In this document: positions 1-6,322 of the stretch, piece by piece | How the letters are laid out: the number at the start of each line of letters is the position of its first letter | Numbering within the stretch: the stretch's first letter is position 1 | NCBI GenBank assembly: GCA_046758705.1 | Contig: JBHIAT010000116.1 | Coordinates: 1 to 11,859 of the forward strand | Direction of reading: 5' to 3' | Source: Candidatus Bipolaricaulia bacterium | Lineage (GTDB): Bacteria > Bipolaricaulota > Bipolaricaulia > JBHIAT01 | Length of the DNA: 11,859 bases | Made by a program: the position numbers and the translations under genes | Notes under the pieces: model-generated | The model's database searches: none | Seen by the model: only the letters and a program-made list of their open reading frames with translations | What the model was told of the DNA's origin: nothing

Positions 1-7
1 CAGATGC

Positions 8-36
8 AGTATAATATTTCAACGGAAAGTTGTCAA
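8..36 (-). promoter_or_regulatory. sigma70-type promoter pointing left, out of the window
   Basis: Minus strand reads TTGACA (36-31), 17-nt spacer, TATACT (13-8). It overlaps a plus-strand TATAAT at 10-15. Confidence 0.65.
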
Positions 37-50
37 GAGAAACCACTATA

Positions 51-1040
51 ATGAATTTTAACGGGATAGTTATACGGATTGTCCCATTTTTGTTGATCCT
101 CGCGCTCTCTTCCGCTCCTGCTACCGTGGCACAGTCTTTAGGAGAAGAGGATCAGCTGTGGGTCGGGCTGGTTTTGACCTCCGCGGGTCGGAGCGATGCG
201 TTCAATGACACCGTCTGGACCGCCCTGTTCGAACTGCGCAACGAGGGACTGCTCAACTTCAAGTTTGCCGAGCCGGCTCGGACGGAAGGCCATGAGTATT
301 ACGTCAACCTGTTCGTCGATCGAGGATACGACCTGATCATCCTGATCCAGGAGCCGGGTGGTGACCGCGAGGTGTTGGAGAATTATGCCCGGAGGTTTCC
401 GGATCGCCGATTCATCTATCTCAGCCCGACCGAACGCATCGTGATCGAGCCAGGGCGTGCTCCTGAGATAACTGACCCCTACCGAGGTGCGTTCCTCGCC
501 GGGATCGCTGCCGGGACATTGAGCCCAACCGGCATCGTCGGCTACCTGGGAGGCGCGTTCTCGCCGACCGCCAAGCAGGTGGAGTTGTCGTTTCTACAGG
601 GGCTCAAAGAGATCAACCCCCAGGCAAAGCTGTTGCCTATTTACCTGTCTTTAGGGCCGGCCGGGGATATCGATCCCCTGAAGGCCAGGGCGTTGAGCTT
701 CACGCTCATCGAGCACGGGGCCGATGTGCTGTTCGAATTCTCGGGGGACTCGGGAATCGGTGTCCTCAGGGCCGCTCAGGAACGGGGCATACCGGTCATC
801 TACTCGAACTATCCGTCGGTCAAGGACCCACAGCGGCTCGATCCGGAGCTTCGGGTCGGTTACCTGGGGTTCGAGGGCAAGCCGATGAAGACATTCATCC
901 GTCAGGTCATCGAAGGGAACTATCGTAGAACGGTGAGTTTGACTCTGTGGACGGATGTTCCCCAGGTCGTTGCCAACGTCAAGGCGTTCGCGAATCGGCT
1001 CGATCGCGGGGAGATCGAATTGGTGAACTTGCGCCCTTGA
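51..1040 (+). CDS. BMP/PnrA-family (basic membrane protein) solute-binding protein
   Basis: N-terminal signal peptide, VGLVLT..G.SDAFN, GYDLII, GAFLAGIAAG, VGYLGG, F.QG.K.INP, GADVLF..SG.SG.GVL.AA.E.GI.VI. The ORF track starts at TTG 30; the in-frame ATG 51 is preferred but uncertain. Confidence 0.8.
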   Translation: MNFNGIVIRIVPFLLILALSSAPATVAQSLGEEDQLWVGLVLTSAGRSDAFNDTVWTALFELRNEGLLNFKFAEPARTEGHEYYVNLFVDRGYDLIILIQEPGGDREVLENYARRFPDRRFIYLSPTERIVIEPGRAPEITDPYRGAFLAGIAAGTLSPTGIVGYLGGAFSPTAKQVELSFLQGLKEINPQAKLLPIYLSLGPAGDIDPLKARALSFTLIEHGADVLFEFSGDSGIGVLRAAQERGIPVIYSNYPSVKDPQRLDPELRVGYLGFEGKPMKTFIRQVIEGNYRRTVSLTLWTDVPQVVANVKAFANRLDRGEIELVNLRP

Positions 1041-1066
1041 CAGGCGGGATGGGTACCCGGTATCAT
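1037..1066 (+). promoter_or_regulatory. sigma70-type promoter for the tRNA pair, possibly also lspA-tmk
   Basis: TTGACA (1037-1042, overlapping the BMP stop codon), 18-nt spacer, TATCAT (1061-1066), 35 nt before tRNA-Gln. Confidence 0.65.
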
Positions 1067-1101
1067 GTCGTTGATCACCGTTGGTCACGCTCTGAACCCT
1101 C

Positions 1102-1175
1102 TGGGAGGTCGTCTAATGGTAGGACGGCAGGCTCTGGCCCTGCTAGTAGGGGTTCGAATCCTCTCCTCCCAGCCA
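1102..1175 (+). tRNA. tRNA-Gln (anticodon CTG)
   Basis: Acceptor stem TGGGAGG/CCTCCCA (U1-A72), D arm GTCT..GGAC, anticodon stem GCAGG/CCTGC with CTG at 1134-1136, T loop TTCGAAT, encoded CCA. Confidence 0.97.
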
Positions 1176-1182
1176 AGCAAGG

Positions 1183-1268
1183 CAGTTAAAAAGTTAAAAA
1201 GTTGAAAGGTTAAAAAGTTTTAAAATCCGTTAACTTTCTAACTTTTGAACTTTCTAACCTTTTAACTG
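1183..1268. repeat. AT-rich imperfect inverted repeat (37-bp arms, 12-nt loop) made of about 8-nt tandem units (AAAAGTTA / TAACTTTY)
   Basis: Left arm 1183-1219 matches the reverse complement of right arm 1232-1268 at 32 of 37 positions. GTT recurs every 8 nt. Confidence 0.9.
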
Positions 1269-1273
1269 TTTTC

Positions 1274-1349
1274 GGTCCCGTCGTCTAGTGGCCTAGGATA
1301 CCGGGCTCTCATCCCGGCGACAGGGGTTCGAATCCCCTCGGGACTACCA
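1274..1349 (+). tRNA. tRNA-Glu (anticodon CTC)
   Basis: Acceptor stem GGTCCCG/CGGGACT, anticodon stem CCGGG/CCCGG with CTC at 1308-1310, T arm AGGGG-TTCGAAT-CCCCT, encoded CCA. Confidence 0.97.
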
Positions 1350-1387
1350 GAGTTTCCTGACGGGCTCCGTTTTGCCAAAGGACTCCC

Positions 1388-1834
1388 ATGAACTGGATCC
1401 TCCCGATGATTGGCACGGTGGCGGTCGATCAGCTGAGCAAGCTGATCGTGGTGAACAACCTCACCGTTTACCAGTCGATCCCAGTCATCGATGGTTTCTT
1501 TCACATCACCCTGATTCAAAACACGGGCGGAGCGTTCGGCATCCTCCAGGGTCGGGGGGAGTGGATGACCGTCGTCACTGCTGTCATCGTGATCGGGCTG
1601 CTCGGATTCCTGCTCCGTCTGAAGAAGATCGGGCTCAAAGTTCCCCTGGCGATCATCCTCGGTGGTGCACTGGGAAACCTCATCGACCGGATCCAGTTCG
1701 GTTACGTGGTCGACTTCTTTGATTTCCGGTTCTGGCCTGTCTTCAACGTTGCCGACAGCGCGATCTTGATCGGGGCGGTGTGGATTGCGGTCCAGTTGAT
1801 CGGTGAGCGGTCGGAGTCTAGGGAGGCCGAATGA
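1388..1834 (+). CDS. lspA: Signal peptidase II (lipoprotein signal peptidase)
   Basis: DQLSK, NTGGAFG, GGALGNLIDR, VVDF, VFNVADSAI motifs; four hydrophobic segments. Confidence 0.97.
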   Translation: MNWILPMIGTVAVDQLSKLIVVNNLTVYQSIPVIDGFFHITLIQNTGGAFGILQGRGEWMTVVTAVIVIGLLGFLLRLKKIGLKVPLAIILGGALGNLIDRIQFGYVVDFFDFRFWPVFNVADSAILIGAVWIAVQLIGERSESREAE

Positions 1835-2448
1835 GCAAAGGCCGGTTGATCGCGCTGGAAGGGCCCGATGGCAGCGGCAAAACGACCCAGGCGAGGCGAT
1901 TAGCCGAACATCTGAAACGGAAGGGCTGGGAGGTGGTCCAGGTTGAGGAGCCTGGCGGGACGGCCGTCGGGGACCGAATTCGGGAGATCCTGTTGGACAG
2001 ACACCAACGGCTCGAACCGTTGACCGAATTGCTGCTGTATGAGGCGTCACGAAGCCAGCTCGTCCGTGAAGTGATTCGTCCTGCCCTGAAGGAAGGGAGG
2101 GTGGTCATCATCGACCGATATATGCTGTCCAGTATCGCCTATCAGGGATACGGCCGCAAACTTCAGTTAGAGTTGGTTAAGGAGTTGAACCGGATCGCCA
2201 CCGGCGACCTGGAACCTGAGCTCACCATCCTGTTCGATCTCCCTCCGGAGGAGGGTCTGAGTCGCAAGCGGGGGAAGGACCGGCTGGAGGTGGAAAATCT
2301 TGAGTTCCATCGACGGGTGCGCCAGGGATATCTCGACTGGATCTCTCAGAACAACGAGTCCAGCCTGCTCATCGATGCGACCCAGCCTATCGAGGTGGTC
2401 TTCCGGGAGATTCTGAACCGACTGGAAGAAATAGAATTTGACCGATGA
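1831..2448 (+). CDS. tmk: dTMP kinase (thymidylate kinase)
   Basis: P-loop EGPDGSGKTTQ, EPGGT, IIDRY..SS.AYQG, DRLE. ATGA overlap with lspA. Confidence 0.97.
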   Translation: MSKGRLIALEGPDGSGKTTQARRLAEHLKRKGWEVVQVEEPGGTAVGDRIREILLDRHQRLEPLTELLLYEASRSQLVREVIRPALKEGRVVIIDRYMLSSIAYQGYGRKLQLELVKELNRIATGDLEPELTILFDLPPEEGLSRKRGKDRLEVENLEFHRRVRQGYLDWISQNNESSLLIDATQPIEVVFREILNRLEEIEFDR

Positions 2449-2467
2449 CTCGAGAGCATAGTACACT
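2438..2467 (+). promoter_or_regulatory. Candidate sigma70 promoter for dnaN
   Basis: TTGACC (2438-2443), 18-nt spacer, TACACT (2462-2467). Confidence 0.45.
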
Positions 2468-2522
2468 TAGAAAGTAGAGATTCGTGTGTTTGATCCAGGA
2501 CAAACACCCAAGGAGGGAGTTC

Positions 2523-3677
2523 ATGGAATTCTCCTGCCGAAGAGAGAATTTGTCATTCGGCGTAAAGATCGCCGGGCGCGCCTTGGGCACAGGGAGCAAC
2601 CTGCCGATCCTGTCGGGGATGAAGTTTGAGGTGATGGATGATCGGCTCAAGCTGCAGGCGACGGATCTGCAGATGACCATCCGCTGCGCGATCCCAATCG
2701 AGAACCGGGGCGAGAACCAGGCGGTCGTGTTGAACGGCGATCTCTTGGCCAAGATCACTCAGACGCTCCCGGCCGAGGAGGTCGAGATCTACACCGTCTC
2801 GGACGAGGAGAATCGGGCGGAACTCAAGTGCGGCGGGGTGACCTTCGATCTGTTCCTACTACCTCTTGAGGACTATCCTGAGATCTCGGCGTTGCCCGAG
2901 GCAAAACTCATCGCCCTCGATAAGGATCGATTCCAGCAGAGCCTATACCAGACGGAGTTTGCTGCGTTGAGTACCACGGAAACCTCCCGGCTCAGCCTGA
3001 CGGGGGTCAACCTGCTGATCGAGGACGACCGGCTGCGGCTGGTGGCGACCAACGGATATCGGTTGGCCCTTAAAGAGCAGCGGCTCGACACCCCGTCATC
3101 CGCTCACGGGGCGTACCTGATCGACGCCCGGGCGCTGAAGGAGTTGGACCGAATCCTGGCCCAAATCCATGAAGACCAAGTCGATCTCTACCACGAGAAT
3201 GATCAACTGTTCTTCCAAGTTGGGGAGATCGTGCTGATCGCCAAGCTCATCGAAGAGCGGTTTCCTGACTTTGAACGGGTCATCCCGCGCCAAAACGAGA
3301 TCGACATCACCCTCAACCGCCCGGCGTTCTTGGACGCGTTGCGCCGCATCGAGATTACCGCCGCCGAGGAGTCCGGAGCGGTGATCCTGGACTACAACCC
3401 GACCCAGGGGGCGATCCGGATCAGTTCCTCGTCATCGGACAAGGGAATGGCCGAGGAGGAGCTGGCGGTTGTCGAAGGGGCCTCTGAGCCGATCCAGATC
3501 TCGTTCAAGGCGGAATACCTGATGGACGCACTTCGGGTGATGGAGACCGAAGAAGTCACTTTGTGGCTGGCAGCACCGGAGGGAGCCGGACTGCTGGAGC
3601 CGACGATCGACGCGGAGGCACAAGACGCCCCCGACGCCGGTTACCGCTATGTGGCCATGCCCATCCGATTGGATTAA
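2523..3677 (+). CDS. dnaN: DNA polymerase III beta subunit (sliding clamp)
   Basis: LPILSG, ATDLQ, DYP, LTGV, VATNGYRLA, KLIE..FPDF.RVIP, F.AEYL.DAL, C-terminal MPIRL. SD AGGAGGG at 2511-2517 favours ATG 2523 over GTG 2484. Confidence 0.95.
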   Translation: MEFSCRRENLSFGVKIAGRALGTGSNLPILSGMKFEVMDDRLKLQATDLQMTIRCAIPIENRGENQAVVLNGDLLAKITQTLPAEEVEIYTVSDEENRAELKCGGVTFDLFLLPLEDYPEISALPEAKLIALDKDRFQQSLYQTEFAALSTTETSRLSLTGVNLLIEDDRLRLVATNGYRLALKEQRLDTPSSAHGAYLIDARALKELDRILAQIHEDQVDLYHENDQLFFQVGEIVLIAKLIEERFPDFERVIPRQNEIDITLNRPAFLDALRRIEITAAEESGAVILDYNPTQGAIRISSSSSDKGMAEEELAVVEGASEPIQISFKAEYLMDALRVMETEEVTLWLAAPEGAGLLEPTIDAEAQDAPDAGYRYVAMPIRLD

Positions 3678-3685
3678 GAACAGCA

Positions 3686-4513
3686 TCAGAGCAGCGTCCA
3701 CAGGATGGCCGATATCCCGATGCCCCAGCAGTAGTAGGCGAATCGGTCAAGTTGACTCCTTAACAGTAGATAGAGCAACGCCTTGATGGACACGATCCCC
3801 GAGACCGCCGCGACCACCGCCCCGATCAGATAATCCCCGATTAAATTCCGATGGATCGCCAGCTCTTCGACCGCTCTGAACAATTGCAGACCCGTCGCCC
3901 CGAGGATCGCCGGGATCGCCAAGATGAAGGAGAACTCGGCGGCCGCCTTACGGTCCAGACCGCGCAAGATCCCGGTGGCGATCGTGAAGCCGCTGCGCGA
4001 TATCCCGGGGACGATGGCGGCGCCCTGCATGATCCCCACCCAGACTGCGTCCAGGAACCCCATCCTGGCGACCCCGATCCGGGTTCCCGGATTTTCGGAT
4101 TTGGCCGGCGCGAGCCGCTCCAGGGCAAATAGAAGCGCTCCGGTGATGAGCAGGCTGATCCCAACGGTCAGTGTCGACTCGAACGCTCGCTCGAACCAAC
4201 TCTCGAACAGAAGGCCAATCAGCGCGGTGGGGAGAGTAGCAACGACCAACAGAGCCAGGAATTTGTGCTGCTCGCGCACCTGGGGGCTGTCCTTGCGGGT
4301 GAACGGTGCCCGCAGCAGCGCCGCGATCCGCTGCCGGAACAGATAGACGACCGAAACGAGCGTCCCGAAGTGAAGCAGCGCCTCCAGAACGACGCCCGGG
4401 CTGTCGATCCCCAGCAGCCGTTCCATCAGAACCAGATGTCCGGAGCTGCTGATGGGAAGGAACTCGGTCACCCCTTGGACGATTCCAAGAATGAACGATT
4501 CGATCGGGTTCAA
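3686..4513 (-). CDS. uppP: Undecaprenyl-diphosphate phosphatase (BacA/UppP)
   Basis: LGIVQGVTEFLPISSSGHL, LHFGT, PGISRSGFTI, AAEFSFILAIP, FAYYC motifs; polytopic membrane protein; TTG start. Confidence 0.96.
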   Translation of the reverse strand: MNPIESFILGIVQGVTEFLPISSSGHLVLMERLLGIDSPGVVLEALLHFGTLVSVVYLFRQRIAALLRAPFTRKDSPQVREQHKFLALLVVATLPTALIGLLFESWFERAFESTLTVGISLLITGALLFALERLAPAKSENPGTRIGVARMGFLDAVWVGIMQGAAIVPGISRSGFTIATGILRGLDRKAAAEFSFILAIPAILGATGLQLFRAVEELAIHRNLIGDYLIGAVVAAVSGIVSIKALLYLLLRSQLDRFAYYCWGIGISAILWTLL

Positions 4514-4564
4514 CGGCCCACTTTCGTCGTTCCCCGGTTCCGATTACCCACCGTTATCCACCTG

Positions 4565-5032
4565 TTATTCGCCCTCGCCCTCGGTCTTGCTGGTGCCATA
4601 GAACTTTTCGTTGAGCCGGCTGGCTCGATGGACCTTGAGCATCTGCAATCCTATTTCAGCCTCCCGGATCCAGGCGAGCAGTTGTTCGAGGATCACGGGT
4701 GCTTCCGTCGGTTGTGGTTCGTGGAGCAGGTGCTTCTCCCGAATGCTGCGTTCGATCTGTTCACGCGCGCCCTGAATCTCGGCGAGCTCCCGATCCTCGT
4801 CGTCCACCTGCTTGATTGAGAGGTTGTACTTGCCTTCTTCGTTTGTTCCAAGGATTTTCACGATGATTTTTTGACCAATAAAGACATAGTCGTCTATATT
4901 TCTCACGTAATCGCTAGATATCTCAGATATATGGGTCATACCAATCTCTCCAGTCGAAAGCTCGATGAACGCTCCATAGGGCTTGATCCCTACAACTTCC
5001 CCCTCGACGACGTCACCGACTTTGAACTCCAA
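4565..5032 (-). CDS. S1 RNA-binding domain protein (YugI/GSP13/CvfD-like) with a helical C-terminal extension
   Basis: VGDVVEGEVVGIKPYGAFIEL..GEIGMTHISEIS.DYV.NI.DY...GQ.I.VKIL.....GK.NLSIK; SD GAGGTG upstream of TTG. Confidence 0.9.
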   Translation of the reverse strand: MEFKVGDVVEGEVVGIKPYGAFIELSTGEIGMTHISEISSDYVRNIDDYVFIGQKIIVKILGTNEEGKYNLSIKQVDDEDRELAEIQGAREQIERSIREKHLLHEPQPTEAPVILEQLLAWIREAEIGLQMLKVHRASRLNEKFYGTSKTEGEGE

Positions 5033-5055
5033 CGTGTCCCACCTCTAAATTTATA

Positions 5056-5084
5056 AGCATAGCAGAGTCCAGGCGATTCCTCAA
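5056..5084 (-). promoter_or_regulatory. Candidate extended -10 promoter for S1-uppP
   Basis: Minus strand TTGAGG (5084-5079), 17-nt spacer ending TGc, TATGCT (5061-5056). Confidence 0.5.
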
Positions 5085-5316
5085 CTTCACCCCATAGAGG
5101 AAGATCGGTAAACGCGCGACGGTTGTGGGCATAATCGGAGTTGTATTCGGTCTGTTATCAGGCGACCGGGATTTCAGCCTGAATTGAAATCCAAACCCAT
5201 ATACGACAATAATATAATACCACGGGTTCGAGAAATTGCAAACGCCGGGTGGGTCTGATCATCGTGTATCTGTCACTGTTGCGCTCAGCTTCAGCTACAG
5301 AGAAAGGAGATTGAGG

Positions 5317-6291
5317 ATGGGGGCAAGCGGTCACTTGCAAGACAGTTTTGTGAAAGCGATGAGCCAGGGGGATGACCTGGAGGAGTTGATGGGAATTCTC
5401 CTCGATCGAGGGATTCATCTGATTCCGGGGGCGGAGTTCGGGGCGCTGTTCTTGACGGCGGGAGAGGATTTCAAATGTGAGGCGGCCGTGGGGTTGGACT
5501 TTACCGGCCTCCGCCTCCCTCAGATGCTCATCCTGGGGGCGCTCGACCTGGAGAGTGGCACGGTGGTGGAGCGCGGGACGTTTCAATCGCTCGTCGATCG
5601 TCTGTCGAAGGGAGCGCAACGACGGTTTGAGAGAACCGGGATCCCGGTCGCCTCGATCTTGCTTCCCGTTAGACGGCACGACCAGGTGATTGGCTACGCT
5701 TGGTTCGGCAACATCACCGAGGAGCTGGTCTTTGAGCTCACCGAGCTGGAGGCCCTGTTCTCAGCGATCGAGTTGGTGATCAAATGGGCTGATGATAAGC
5801 GCGATCTGGAAAGGAGGATCCTGACAGATCCGCTGACCGGCCTCTACAACCGACGTTACTTCGAAAAGATGATCGAAAAGGAGACGGCGCGGGCGAAGCG
5901 AAGCGGAGCCTATTTCACCTCGTTCTTGCTCATCGACATCGATCAATTCCAGGAGATCTACAACCAATTGGGTCAGCAGGTGGGAGATCAGGTGGTGCAG
6001 GAGTTGGCGCGCCTCCTCAACGGGAGCTTAAGGAGTTCTGATACGGCGATTCACTACCAGGCGAGTGAGTTCCTGGTTATGTTGCCACAAGCGGGTATTG
6101 GTCAGGCGAAGAACGTCATCGTTCGGCTGAAACAGGCGGTGAATCGGTGGAATGAGCAGAGCGTGCTCGACTTTCCGGTGACACTGAGCTTCGGGATGGC
6201 CTCGTGGTCACCGGAGGAGGAGCGCGGGATCGAAACGGCCCTCCAGGAAGCGAAAGAGCAGATGGGTTGGGAGTGGACGGAACGCGAGTAA
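5317..6291 (+). CDS. GAF-like + degenerate GGDEF domain protein (probable c-di-GMP receptor)
   Basis: GAF-like N-half (ASILLPV..HDQVIGYAWF), TDPLTGLYNRRYF, LLIDIDQF, RSSD-x5-QASEF, VTLSFGMA. SD AGAAAGGAG before ATG 5317; the ORF track starts at 5236. Confidence 0.85.
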   Translation: MGASGHLQDSFVKAMSQGDDLEELMGILLDRGIHLIPGAEFGALFLTAGEDFKCEAAVGLDFTGLRLPQMLILGALDLESGTVVERGTFQSLVDRLSKGAQRRFERTGIPVASILLPVRRHDQVIGYAWFGNITEELVFELTELEALFSAIELVIKWADDKRDLERRILTDPLTGLYNRRYFEKMIEKETARAKRSGAYFTSFLLIDIDQFQEIYNQLGQQVGDQVVQELARLLNGSLRSSDTAIHYQASEFLVMLPQAGIGQAKNVIVRLKQAVNRWNEQSVLDFPVTLSFGMASWSPEEERGIETALQEAKEQMGWEWTERE

Positions 6292-6322
6292 AGTCAGCAA
6301 GGTGGTTAACAGGAGGGGTGAG

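Noticed and set aside
1183-1268. CRISPR array or rho-independent terminator
   Set aside because: There are no unique spacers, the unit is only 8 nt, and the stem is long and AU-rich rather than short and GC-rich.
1102-1349. tRNAs as integration sites for an island
   Set aside because: No integrase, no duplicated tRNA 3' end, and the flanking genes are housekeeping genes.
1350-1373. Weak hairpin followed by a short T-run after tRNA-Glu
   Set aside because: The stem depends on several G-U pairs, too weak to call a terminator.
1262-2050. 262-aa minus-strand ORF and the many other antisense/alternate-frame ORFs (e.g. 4265-4819, 9193-9807, 10617-11435)
   Set aside because: They are shadows of well-supported genes or tRNAs in GC-rich DNA and have no recognisable motifs.
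3677-3686. Bidirectional terminator between convergent dnaN and uppP
   Set aside because: The gap is only 8 nt and no hairpin with U-tracts is visible.
5225-5275. GCAAAC...GGTCT resembling a c-di-GMP-I riboswitch before the GGDEF gene
   Set aside because: No GNRA tetraloop/receptor or P1-P2 architecture could be built around it.
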